The position numbers were made by a program, and so were the translations under genes. Shown piece by piece: positions 11,955 to 25,000 of a stretch of DNA of 64,000 bases. This stretch comes from Scyliorhinus canicula (lineage: Eukaryota). The notes beneath the pieces are model-generated. The model did no database searches. It was not told the origin of the DNA and saw nothing but the letters and a program-made list of their open reading frames with translations. Each line of letters starts with the position of its first letter. Position 1 is the stretch's first letter. The stretch covers positions 861,072 through 925,071 of the forward strand of contig NW_024055447.1 in NCBI RefSeq assembly GCF_902713615.1, read 5' to 3'.

Positions 11955-12720
11955 TTGAATTGTTACTTCAGTAGACTTAACTGATACTAACCAGGACTAG
12001 CTCCTGTTTGTATTGCCTGAGGCATTGGTACAGTTATTGCTTTACCTGAAGCTGCCACGTTCCTCAGGGTAGTGGTCTGGGCCCAACCATATCCGGCTGC
12101 TTCATGAATGGCCTATTGTCCATCACAAGGACAAAAGTGAGGATGTTCCCTGGTGACTGCGCAATGTTCAACACCGTTTGTCACAGATCTTGTTGCATTC
12201 TGACATGGATTGCATCTAATGAGTCACTCATTAGATGCAATCCATGTCAGAATCAACAAGATCTGTACTATATTCAGGCTTGGGCTAACAAGTGGCGTGC
12301 AGGCAGTGGCCCGATCTCACAAGAGAAGATCGAGCCATCTCCCCTTGACATTCAATGGCATTACAACGGAATCCGAGTATTAACATCCAGGGGCAGCCGT
12401 TGATCGGAAACTGAACTGGTGAACTCGCTGAATTAGCCATATAAATACTGTTGCGAACTGAACAGGTGAAAAGCGAGGAATCCTGCCGCAAACAACTCAC
12501 TTCCTTACTCCCCAAAGCCTGTCCACCATCTACAGGGCATAAGTCAGGAGTGTAATGGAATACTCTCCACTTGTCTGGATGAGTGCAGCTCCAACAACAC
12601 TCGAGAAGCTAGACACCATCCAGGGGAGAGCAGTCCGCTTGATTGCTAACCCTTCCAAAAACATTAAATCCCTACGTACCGACGAATAGTAACATCTTTC
12701 TGTTCCACCTAAAAGATGCA
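11955..12720. repeat. Duplicated block, copy 2; paralog of 1-724
   Basis: Same unique-flank/LINE junction as copy 1, offset ~11954. Confidence 0.85.
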
Positions 12721-15174
12721 TTAGAACAACTCAACAAGGTTCCTTAGGCACCACCTTCCAAACACACGAACAGTACCTTCTGGAAGGACAAAAGCGGCAG
12801 AAACCTGGGATCACCTTTTCCTAGAGGCTCCCCTTCAAACCACTCACCATCCTGACTTGGAAATATATCGTCGTTCCTTCACTTTCGCAGGGTCACAATG
12901 CTGGATTTCTCTCCCGAACAGCTCTGTGGTACCTATACCTTAGGAACTGCCGCGATTTAAGAAGGCAACTCACATTCTGAAGGGCAACTAGAGTTCGGAA
13001 AGCAATGTTGACCTAACCAGCCACGTCCCCTCCCATCAATGAATTAAAAAATACAGTGCAGTAATAACAGAGACAGGGCCTGGCCCAATATAGACAGAGA
13101 TATATGCGAAAGTAGTAATCACACGAATTTGTCAAGAGAGCAATAAAAATTGATACATGGATTACGTAGGCATATGAAAGACAGCACCTGATCTAAATTG
13201 GAATAAGTCTGTATTTGTGTTGTTATAATCGTAAAAATACTTCGTACAATGATGATTGGAATAGGTCAAAATAACAATACAGGAAACAGGCTCTTAGAAT
13301 CGACAGGGACACCGTTTCCAGAAATAATAATAATAATTGTTACTATTATGATAAGTAGGCTGACATTAACACGGCAATGAAGTTATTGTTAAAATCCCCT
13401 GGTCGTCACAGTACGGCGCCTGTTCGGGTACACTGAGGGAGAATTCGGGATGTCCAATTCATCTAACAAGCATGTTAATAATAATTGCACTAATAACAGA
13501 GAATCAGAGCATTAAAACCTGAATGGCAGTTAGACTATTAGTTTAACCATCACGTAGATAGCGTCTTTGTGTCCACCCTTATTGCATACTGACTTTAAAT
13601 GCACACAGTACAGTGATTGGTGCATTTTTCAAAATTGCAACCTGCAATCGACCGAGTCGGATGATGAAGTACAGCCAATCAAAGTTGGGTATGAAGTAAC
13701 CATGTTTGTGTGACAGAGAGAGACAGCGCCTATTGATATCAGAGCAAATGGTTCGGCGCCTCATGATATATCAGATTTCCCCCCAAATTCTTAATTACGG
13801 AGTCAAGCGCCGTTCCAATATGAACTGGATGAAGTTAGTGTGATGGTAATAATAAACGAAAATGCTGGAATTGTTCTGCATGTCATGCAGATTCTGAGAT
13901 GAGCAGAGTTCACGTTTCATGCCAATAACGGAATATCAGCCCCAAGTTCATCGGCCTGAAACGAACTGTATTTCTCTCTGAAAATGTGACCGCCAGCGTA
14001 ACACATCTGGCAGCACTTCTGTTGCTGAGCTGTTTGACCTGCGTTCAAATTCCACTCCAGGATTTGTTGACCATGGAAGGAGTGTTCGTGCAACTGAAAC
14101 AGGTTATTGATCAGCCTCCAAAATATCCTTCCACCTCCCCGCACCTTCCTCCGTGGGTGGAAATAATGTGAATGTACAAAAAACAAATTGATTTTCTATC
14201 CACTTTCTGGCCTGCTGAGACTTTCCAGCAGTTTATGTGTTTATTTTAGATTTATGGTACCTGTAGTGTGTTATATTTGTATTAGGTCTTGTCGGCTTTA
14301 ACATGTTAGTGACACTCTCACCCGTGATTCTCAATTCTCATGGTGTTAGTTTAGATTAAATTTCTTGTTTTTTGTCTTCATTATTTTCATATACACAGCT
14401 GGATTGAGGGAACTATTCGACCATAAGAATTAAGAACAGAAGTCGGCCATTCAGCCCTTCAAGCCCGCTTCACCATTGACTATGTTCAGATTCATGGCTC
14501 CTCGAACACTCACGAAATCCACATTCAAGCGTAAAGTCCGTAAACTTTTATTAACTTCCTGAATAAAAACCTTTCGATCCCAGCATTGAAAATGGTCAAG
14601 GACTCGGTCTCCACAGCTTCCTGGGGTGACGAATTCACAAGATTCTCTTTCAGAGAACAAAACCTTCCACAAATCCGGCTTATTCTCAGTCTCTGCCCTC
14701 TGGGCAGACACTATCCCATGAGTGAAAACATCCTCCCGACATGCACCCTATCTCACCCCCTCAGAATCTAAAGGGTGAACGACAGAGCAACTCTGAACAA
14801 TCTCTCCATCCAGCGAAAGACGGGTTCGTGGGACATCATACTTTTATGAATTTAAATCCCCCACTTTCTTCTTTCCAATTAAAGGTCCTGTAGCGTGGCC
14901 AATCCAACACTGTGCAGATCATTGGATTGGAGGGGGGGGGGGGGAGGAGGGGGGCTAAGTCAGACACGGTGAGAATGTGCAAACTCCACACAGGCAGTGA
15001 CCCGGGGCCGGGATCTTACCCGGATCCTCAACACCATGAGACAATAGTGCTAACCACTGCAACGCCGTGCCGCTCTCCTGGGACATCAATGATGTTTGTC
15101 ATTCCTTCCAACTTCGAAAATAACAAACATCTTCGCTCTCCTTGGATTTGTGGAGTGATTTACAACGGCCGGAG

Positions 15175-15590
15175 CAGGGTCAGACTGGCTTCGAATACAT
15201 AAATGCATAGATACATATAATCTGGTATAATGATAATCATAGAGACCGGCTCCAGTGTACCAATAACAGAGACTGCCAGGCCCGGGCTCAGTCTGGGGTC
15301 TGGTATAATAATAATCACAGAGACCGGCTCCAGTGTATCAATAACAGAGACTGCCGGACCCGGGGTCAGACTGGGGTCAGGTATAATAATAATCACAGAG
15401 ACAGGCTCCAGTATATCAATAACAGAGGCTGCCGGGCCCGGGTCAGACTGGGGTCTGGTATAATAATAATCACAGAGACCGGCTCCAGTGTATCAGTAAC
15501 AGAGACTGCCGGGCCCGGGGTCAGACTGGGGTCTGGTATAATAATAATCACAGAGACCGGCTCCAGTGTATCAATAACAGAGACTGGGGA
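15175..15590. repeat. ~78-bp minisatellite, about 5 copies
   Basis: Unit ggggtcagactggggtctggtataataataatcacagagaccggctccagtgtatcaataacagagactgccgggccc; period 78 between the copies at 15301 and 15379. Confidence 0.9.
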
Positions 15591-15944
15591 TAATCTTCGA
15601 TGCTGAAGCAGGGGACCTCATGAACGGCTGATTTTAATAGGAAGTGAAACTGTCAGAAAGCAATGATACTGAGGGCCTTAGCCTGTGCTTCGGTGTCATG
15701 GTGAGTGACAGGGATGTGTGTGATAAAAGCGAATTGGAAACGCTGATGAGTGAGGTGCGTGTGATTGGCCCCACCTGGGATATTTTCTACCCAATGGGAG
15801 GACAATTATGGCAGACCCTATAATGGCGCCTCTGTCAGGGGAAACGAAAACATCTGTTTATTCTCATTCTGACCAACAGTTCTCCATTTACACAGATGTG
15901 CAAGAGTCAGTTCCGGCAGTTTCTGGTCACTATTTCATTTTATA

Positions 15945-16158
15945 AATTTAGAGCACGCAGTTATTTTTTTCCAATTAAGGGGCAATTTAGCGTGGCCAAT
16001 ACGCCTATCCAACACATATTTTGGTTGTGGGGGTGAATCACACACAGACACGGGGAGAATGTGCAAACTACACACGGGCAGTGACCCAGGGTCGGGATCG
16101 AACTCGGGTCCTCAGCGCCGTGGGCAGCAGTGCTAACCACTGCACCACCGTGCCGCCC
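15945..16158 (-). mobile_element. tRNA-derived SINE (HE1-like)
   Basis: Reverse complement of gggcggcacggtggtgcagtggttagcactgctgcc...; same family as 1690 and 28674. Confidence 0.85.
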
Positions 16159-16989
16159 TAGCTTATGGCGACTTATGTTTAAATAATCAAATTGGGACAA
16201 GAAAGACTAAAAGCCAAAACCTCATCGCAGGCAGAATTAGTGCCACAAACGTTAAAGATAATTGTTGTTTTTTTGAACAAATGCTATTCACTGTTATTTT
16301 GTCCAAAGTAGTGGATTGTAAACAACAATCTGTTAAAGATTTGTGGGAATTATCTACACACACCCAGGTACTGTCAGAAGACAGGAATAGCACAAGAGCA
16401 AAGCTGTACAATGATTGCATTTTATTCGGCCTCAATGAAGGACAGGGGTAGATACAGAAAAGGTGCTGGGAAAATGATTATTGATGGGCCATCCAACTGG
16501 TCCCATTCCTCTCATCCTTCAAATCTTAATACCTTAATATTTATCGATTATTTTCCAAAGATGCTATTAAATCTGATTCCATCATACTTTCCAGACCTGT
16601 GTTCAAGTTTATAACAACTATCTGTGTAAAAACAATCCTCCTGTTCAATACAATAAATCTGTGTCCTCTGGTTAAATACACTCCAGCCAGTTGCAATAGT
16701 TTCTCTCTAATTACTCGATTCAAACCTTCATGATTTTCTTTCGCAGTTTTATTAAATAGACACACATAAAGATGGAGAAAGATACAGAGAGAGAGAGTGA
16801 AACTGACCGAAGAAATTAGAAAGAGAGAAGCGGGGTTGAGAGATAAAGGCTGAGAAACAGTAAAAACAAATTGCACTCAGAGAGGGAGAATGATAAAATA
16901 GTGAAAGGGAGCAATATATCTTTTCCTGGCTTCAGAGAACCGGGGAAACTCAGTGACTGATCCACTAACCATCCAATTATGCCCTGGAA

Positions 16990-17280
16990 TGGAAGCTTTG
17001 AACAGATCACAACCGGCTCATTTGTAAATGTCACCACAGTGTGATCTGTGTGGCTCTGCCCTGACTCTGTGGACAGATATAGGCCGCACTGACAGATGTT
17101 CTCACCAGATTGTGGTCCCTGGATTTATTTTCTGCCCAGAAGTGAGATGTGCGGTTTGAAACCGGCAGCAGAGAAACAGGAAGTTGTGTTAACTGAGAAT
17201 TAAACAGCAGGCGTCAGTTTCATGTTATCACCGTGAACAGTCTTCCTGCCTGTGAGGGTGAACTCACTCTGATAGCATCA
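16990..17280. promoter_or_regulatory. Candidate lymphoid enhancer (TCF/LEF, E-box, 2x RUNX, ETS, GATA motifs)
   Basis: CTTTGAA 16996-17002, CAGATG 17093-17098, TGTGGT 17111-17116, TGCGGT 17150-17155, CAGGAAGT 17177-17184, TTATCA 17225-17230. Motif evidence only. Confidence 0.35.
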
Positions 17281-17499
17281 AGAATACCCACACAGATTGC
17301 TGCCGGCCTTAGCATTTCATTCATCCCCATTCCTTTAAAAAAGTTGGATTATTTGTTTAGAAACACAGTAACCGATCGGGAGATGCACAGATGATCTTCA
17401 CTGGTCATAATACCAATAATCTGGAGAGAAGGAGGGAAATTAAAACAACAATCTGTTAACACAGGTTATACTAAAGTAGAAAGTTTGAAGTCACTTGAT

Positions 17500-17640
17500 G
17501 TCTGAGAGCGAGAGAGCGAGAGAGCGAGAGCTAGACAGAAAGAGAGCGTGTGAGAGAAAGAGGGGGGGGGGGCTCGGTGGGGGGGGGGGTGGATAGAGAG
17601 AGAGAGGGGGAGAGAGTGAGAGGCGGGGGGAGAGAAAGGA
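17500..17640. repeat. GA-rich low-complexity tract with poly-G runs
   Basis: (GAGAGC)n and (GA)n units with G runs. Confidence 0.8.
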
Positions 17641-19014
17641 GGTTAAGTGAATGAGCTAGTGCCTTTCTGGTACAGAATTTTCCTCTGATGAAGTTTTAGT
17701 GCTTCATTGTTTTAGACATGAAGTGCCTTCTACAAAAAAGATTTAAACACTAGGTGCCTGACCCGGCTGCTGTGTGCCTGTGTAAGTGAGTTAAGAGTGA
17801 GAGACAAAAGCGAGATCAACTGATTTAGGTGCAGCCTGAGACAGAGAAAGCGAGGTGAACCGATATGTAAGTAATTTGAAAAATATATTTGCCTTTTCAA
17901 TGGAATGGACAGCTTGACATTACTGTATAGATCACTCAAGACCAGTAAATACTGAGTGCAGCATAGGATCTGGAAGGTAATCTCAATAAAATGTCGTCAT
18001 ATGCTGAAAAATAATTGCAATTATTGGCAACGCCATTTGGAAACAATGAATAATGATGTTGTGTTCCAGACTAACCGGCCCTTATGGACATACAGGCACA
18101 CACATAGGCACACATATCCACACACAGACACATACACACACATACATACATACACAATTTCAGACTCTGTCTCTCACAATCAGTGGCCACACCAAAAGGA
18201 AACAGAAATCCACTCAGCAAAAAGTGTGAAAGACAATTCGGACCATGAAAGGAAACAGTAGGTAGTTGCCACAGATTTACACAAATCTGAATTATCATAC
18301 ATACCACAATGGAGTTTATGACTGTGTTGTGCAATGTGAAATTCAATATGGCTCCTGTATTTCTGTTCCTCAGTCTGGTGATGAAGTGAATGGCACAAGA
18401 TTCACTCCGATCTTTCAGCAAAATATTACACATCCATTACCAGACCAATCACACAACACCAAATAGTTATTCATTATGCTTTTGTAAGTGAAATAAGTCT
18501 GAGAGAGGACAGAGAGATTAATCAATATACGTGTAGTCTGTAACAGTGATGAGAACAGATCGGCAGTAGTTTTAAAGATGTATTTGCCTTTGCAACGAAC
18601 GCCCATGACAGCTAATAGTTATTAACACGACAAAATGTATTCTTCCAAAGTGAGTGTCACAAGTCATTGGCGCAGTGGTATTTTCGCTGGACTAGTAATC
18701 CAGAGACCCAGAGTCAAGCTCTGGGGACCCGGGCTCCCACCACGGCATGTGGTGAAATTTCAATCAAGAAAGATCTGGAATTAAAAGTCTAATGATGACC
18801 ATGAAACCCTTGTTCTGTGTAATCAAAACCCATCTGGTTCACTGATGTCCTTCAGGGAAGGACACCTGTCGCCCTTAACTAGTCTGGTCTACATATGACT
18901 CCAGATGACTCGACAGCAATGTGGTTGACTCTTAAATGCCCTCAGGGATGTGTAAGAACTGCAGGATCAGCCAGCGACATCCACATACCATGAATGAATA
19001 AAAAGTATTTAGTA

Positions 19015-19562
19015 NNNNNNNNNNNNNNNNNNNNNNNNNNNNNNNNNNNNNNNNNNNNNNNNNNNNNNNNNNNNNNNNNNNNNNNNNNNNNNNNNNNNNN
19101 NNNNNNNNNNNNNNNNNNNNNNNNNNNNNNNNNNNNNNNNNNNNNNNNNNNNNNNNNNNNNNNNNNNNNNNNNNNNNNNNNNNNNNNNNNNNNNNNNNNN
19201 NNNNNNNNNNNNNNNNNNNNNNNNNNNNNNNNNNNNNNNNNNNNNNNNNNNNNNNNNNNNNNNNNNNNNNNNNNNNNNNNNNNNNNNNNNNNNNNNNNNN
19301 NNNNNNNNNNNNNNNNNNNNNNNNNNNNNNNNNNNNNNNNNNNNNNNNNNNNNNNNNNNNNNNNNNNNNNNNNNNNNNNNNNNNNNNNNNNNNNNNNNNN
19401 NNNNNNNNNNNNNNNNNNNNNNNNNNNNNNNNNNNNNNNNNNNNNNNNNNNNNNNNNNNNNNNNNNNNNNNNNNNNNNNNNNNNNNNNNNNNNNNNNNNN
19501 NNNNNNNNNNNNNNNNNNNNNNNNNNNNNNNNNNNNNNNNNNNNNNNNNNNNNNNNNNNNNN
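19015..19562. other. Assembly gap (548 N)
   Basis: Run of N. Confidence 1.
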
Positions 19563-20199
19563 TTTGATTCATTTACGGGACATGGGGCCATTGATTGGGT
19601 CAGCAATAATGGCCCATTCCTAGTTGCCATTCAGAAGGTGGCGGTGAGCTGCCTTCTTGAATCGCTGAAGTCTCTGATATGCAGTTACACCCATACTCGT
19701 ATTAGCGAGAGAACTCCAGTATTTTCACCCAACCACAGTGAAGGAACTGTGATATATTTGCAAGTCAAGATGGTAAGAGACTTGGAGAGGAACCTCCAGA
19801 TGGCATTAATCCAAAGTATCTGCTGCTCTTGGCCTTGTTGGTAATTGTTGCCATTGGTCTGGTAGGTGCTGAATATGAAACCTTGATTAGTTCCAACAGT
19901 AAGTCTTGTGGATGGCAACAATCAAGCGACTGATATTTCCTGGATGGTGTAAAGCTTCTTGAGGTTTGTTGAAGCTGCACTCCAGACAAGTGGAGAGTAT
20001 TCCATTCCACTTCTGACTTTTCTCTTGCAAATGATGGCCAGGCTTTGGACAATCGGGATGTGAGTTACTCTCTGTAGGATTCATGGCCTTTGAACTGCTC
20101 TGGCAGCCACAGCATTCGTCTGGCTTGTCCAGTTCAGTTTCCGGTCAATGACAACCCCCAGGATGCTGATTGTGCGGTAATCAATGAAAATAAATCTGT

Positions 20200-21975
20200 T
20201 GTATTATTCTGTGGGGTAGGAACGTTTGTTATATAAAGTGAGACACAGAAGACTTCAGCCGTGAATGAAACAGTAATAAAATAATATCAGAGAGTGGACG
20301 CCACATAGTATAAAAGGAAGGACGGCAGGAAGAGGGAAATCGACCGTGGATATCTAAGGAAATAAGGGAGAGTATCAAATTGAAGGAAAAGGCATAGAAA
20401 GTGGCAAAGATTAGTGGGAGACTAGAGGACTGGGAAATCTTTCGGGGGCAACGGAATGCTACTAAAAAAGCTATAAAGAAGAGTAAGATAGATTATGAGA
20501 GTAAACTTGCTCAGACTATGGAAACAGACAGTAAAAGTGTCTTCAAATATATAAAATAAAAAAGAGTGGCTAAGGTAAATATTGGTCCTTTAGAGGATGA
20601 GAAGGGAGTTTTAATAATGGGAGATGGGGAAATGGCTGAGGAACTGAACAGGTTTTTTGGGTCGGTCTTCACAGTGGAAGACACAAATAACATGCCAGTG
20701 ACTGATGGAAATGAGGCTATGGCAGGTGAGGACATGGAGATGATTGTTATCACTAAGGAAGTAGTGATGGCAAGCTAATGGAGCTAAAGGTAGACAAGTC
20801 TCCTGGCCCTGATGGAATGCATCCCAGAGTGCTAAAATAGATGGCTAGGGAAATTGCAAATGCACTAGTGATAATTTACCAAAATTGACGAGACTCTGGG
20901 GTGGCCCCGGCGGATTGGAAATTAGCAAACGTGACAGCACTGTTTAAAAATGTAGGTAGGCAGGGAGCGGGTAATTATAGGCCAGTTAGCTTAACTTCGG
21001 TCGTAGGGAAGATGTTGGAATCTATCATCAAGGAAGAAATAGCGAGGCATCTGGATAGAAATTGTCCCATTGGGCAGACGCAGCATGGGTTCATAAAGGG
21101 AAAGTTGTTCCTAACTAATTTAGTGGAATTTTTTGAGGGCATTACCAGTGCGGTAGATAACGGGGAGCCAATGGATGTGGTATATCTGGATTTGCAGAAA
21201 GCCTTTGACAAAGTGCCACACAAAAGAGATCTGCATCAGATAAAGTTGCATGGCATTAAGGGTAAAGTAGTAGCAAGGATAGAAGATTGGTTAATTAATA
21301 GAAAGCAAAGAATGGGGATTAATGGGTGTTTCTCTGGTTGGCAATCAGTAGCTAGTGGTGTCCCTCAGGGTTCAGTATTGGGCCCACAATTGTTCACAAT
21401 TTACATAGATGATTTGGAGTTGGGGGACCAAAGTTAATGTGTCCAAGGTTGCAGACGACACTAAGATGAGCGGTAAAGCAAAAGGTGCAGAGGATACCGG
21501 AAGTCTGCAGAGGGATTTGGATAGGTTAAGTGAATGGGCTAGGGTCTGGTAGATGGAATACAATGTTGACAAATGTGAGGTTACCCATTTTGGTAGGAAT
21601 AATATCAAAATGGATTATTATTTAAACAATAAAATATTAAAACATGCCGCTGTGCAGAGAGACCTGGGTGTGCTCGTGCATGAGTCGCAAAAAGTTGGTT
21701 TATAGGTGCAACAGGTGATTAAGAAGGCAAATGAAATTTTGTCCTTCATTGCTAGAGGGATGGAGTTTAAGACTAGGGAGTTTATGCTTCAATTGTATAC
21801 GGTGTTAGTGAGGCCACACCTGAAGTATTGTGGTCTCCTTACCTGAGAAAGGACGTATTGGCACTGGAGGGTGTGCAGAGGAGATTTACTAGGTTAATCC
21901 CAGAGTTGAAGGGGTTGGATTATGAGGAGAGGTTGAGTAGACTGGGACTGTACTCGTTGGAATTTAGAAGGATGC
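20200..21975 (+). mobile_element. CR1-type LINE, decayed ORF2 (RT region)
   Basis: ORF 20901..21437 has [37 protein letters not shown] and [13 protein letters not shown]; frameshifted before ADDTK. Confidence 0.93.
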
Positions 21976-22039
21976 GGGGGATCTGATACAAAGTTTGATT
22001 AAACTTAAACGAGGAAGGGTCTAAAGCAGTGATTATTGA

Positions 22040-25000
22040 TGCAGGATCTAGTATATTATAAACTGAGGCAGGGTCCATTGCAGTCATTCCTGGTCAGGGT
22101 CTGGATTAATATATGTGAGAAGAGTTATTCGGCCAGATGATTAAAAACATGGTCGACGAGGCAGGTTATAGGATGATTTTAATAAGGAAATTGAGGTAAA
22201 GAGGTGTAGGGAATGAATACCAGCGCTTAGGGCCGAGACGCAGGAAGACATCGCAAAGTGAACCAAATAATTCTGAAGATAACAATAGGTCTTCATCAAT
22301 TGGAGTTGCAAAAATTAAGAAAAATGTTTCATATGCACACCTGTACGAACGGTCAATACGTTTTTTCAGCGATTTTAATTTGTCTTCTTAACCAGATGAG
22401 TGTTGTATGATTGGGTGGACATTACTCCTATGGGTACCCACCATTACCATCCTGGCAATACTGTGAGAACACGGTTCTGTCTAAGTCTGCCAGTGCTTCA
22501 GGTGATTGGTTAATAGAAATCGAGGCAGGAAAATAATCATCATCGTGAAAAAAACGTTCCAATCGATAGAGTGTAACACAAGAGTAAATTCATCATTTTG
22601 AACAAAACAGAGATTTCCACAAAATTTTGGAAATTGCAGTGCACCGGTGTTCACATGTAGACCTGTCCCTCAAGGCCAGCACATTCCTGGGATGTTGGGT
22701 AAAATGTTCAACTCAATATTGCCCACATAATAGCAGAGCAAATACACATGTAATCTACTTAGAGATATTAACACGAATTAACATAATCTCAAAATCAACG
22801 ATGATTGTACTTGGAGATACAAGCAAACATATTCAATCATTTATAATATCGAGAGGCAACAGGAACATGGTCCGGTGTAATATAAACAGAGAGAGGCCCT
22901 GGTGTGATGTAAATATACAAATTCCTGTGGAATATAAAAGAGGCGGTACTTAATGTAATATAATCATATGCATGTTATAGCATATTATTAATTGAGTGTA
23001 GCACAAACAGAACAGTGTAGTATAGACAGGGGCAGGAGTTACTTTAATAGAAATAAAGACAGGGTCTCATTCAACATGAGAAGAAACCGATTTCACGTAA
23101 TACAGTGCATAGAAAATAGAGCAGGAGTAGATCATTCTGCCCTTCGAGCCTGCTCCGCTATTCATTCTGATCATGGCTGATCATCCACCTCAGTATCCTG
23201 TTCCCACTTTCCCCGATATCATTTGATCCCTTCAGAGTTTTCATCCCCAAGAGCTTTATCTAGCTCCTTCTTCAAAACATACAATACTTTGGACTTAACT
23301 TCGTTCTGTGGTAGAGAATTCCACAGGTTCACGACTTCCAGGGTGAAAATATTGCTCCTCATCTCAGTCCTAAATGCTTTATCCCGTATCCTTAGACTGT
23401 GACACCTCGTTCTAGCTTCCCCTACCATTGGAACATCCTTCTGCATCCGCCCTGTCTAGTCCTGTTACAATTTGATAGGTTTATAATCAGAGGGGGAAAT
23501 TAATATTTCATAAATTAGCACGAACAGACTCAAAAACAGCTTCTTCCCCACTGTCACCAGACTCCTAAATGACCCTCTTTTGGACTGACCTCATTAACAC
23601 GACACCCCTGTATGCTTCATCCGATGCCAGTGATATGTTGTGTTGCCCTATTATGTATTTTCTTTTATTCCCCTTTCTTCTCATTTACTGAATGATCTGT
23701 TGAGCTGCTTGCAGAAAAATACTTTTCACTGTACCTCGGTACACGTGACAATAAATAAATCCAATCCAATCCAATAGTGTCTTCTGGTTTCTGACCCTCC
23801 TGCCAGTGAATGACGTTTATTCCTAATTAATCAAATTCGGAATTTTGAACATTGTTTTCACGCCTGCCCATAACCTGCTCAGTTTTCAGGAAATCAATCC
23901 CAGCTTCTAACCGCTCTGACCGTGCAGCTAATGCAGTGGGAAGGCCCAGTTGTATATATGTTTCTACCTTCCTTGTGTTCAGATGCTGTTTTTGGAATTA
24001 CTGACATTTTATATGGAGCCAGTGGAATTCCCATTCACCATTGCCATCGTGTCAGAATAAGGCACAAGACTAATAAAAAAACCAGCCTCTGAAAATTAAA
24101 TTGACCCATGTAAGGCTGGACCCAGAATTAGAAATTTAGATACACTGAGCAATGTCTCAGAATGTAATGTAAAAATGCAAACCATGATAGGTTAACAGCC
24201 TTGCTTCAGTAGAATCAATATCACCTCCCACAACAGATTCCTGAGCCCATGATCCAGACTGTGATCCAATGTAGGAGTATTTTATGTTCAGTTGCTACAT
24301 CTTTTGGATGTGATGATATCACAATCTTAGGGGTGTTTCGCAGTATTATTACTAGACTGGTAATCTGGAGGCCTGAGCTATTGCTCCAGAGGTAGGAGTA
24401 CAAATTCCACCAGGGCATATTGCAACGATGTGAGCAGTTTTGACCTTACTTAAGGATAGAGATTTTGAAAGCAATCCAGAGAAGAAGGTTCATTAGGCTA
24501 ATCTCGGGTATGGATGGATTTTCATAGGTAGCTGGAATTTCACAGCACAGAAAGAGGTGCTTCGGCCCATCGTTACTCCACCTGTCATCAAATAGAGAAG
24601 AATCCGGCCTGAGAAGGTCTTGAACCACAGACCTTTCGGTTTACAGCCAAACACGTTGACCAATTGCACCAAAGCGACTGATATGAGGAGCGGTTAAGTA
24701 GGTAAGGCCTACACGCATTGGAGTTTAGAAGAATGAGAGGCGAAATTACTGAGATATATAACACTCCCAGGGAGCTCGATTGTGTAGATGCTGGAGGTTG
24801 TTTCTGTTTGCGGAGAGTCTGGGATCATAGGGCACAATCCCATAGTAAGGTGTCACTCGTTTCAGACGAGGATGAGGAGGAATTTCTTCTCCCAGATGGG
24901 AGTGATTCTATGGAATTATTTGCTGCAGAGAATTGGAGAGGCTGGGTCAATAAATATGTGCAAGGCTGAGACAGACAGATTTTTCATCAGTAAGGGAATC

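Noticed and set aside
17035-17075. CACAGTG heptamer suggesting an orphan D or V segment
   Set aside because: No nonamer at 12 or 23 nt on either side and no V/J-like frame; the minus-strand SAAYICPQS resemblance lacks upstream V motifs.
18071-18606. Hydrophobic minus-strand ORFs hinting at a GPCR or membrane-protein relic
   Set aside because: Short resemblances (TADL, VATDC) fall in different frames without family-level motifs; a tBLASTn/HMM search is needed.
18932-19630. ORFs of 187-232 aa
   Set aside because: Artefacts spanning the N gap.
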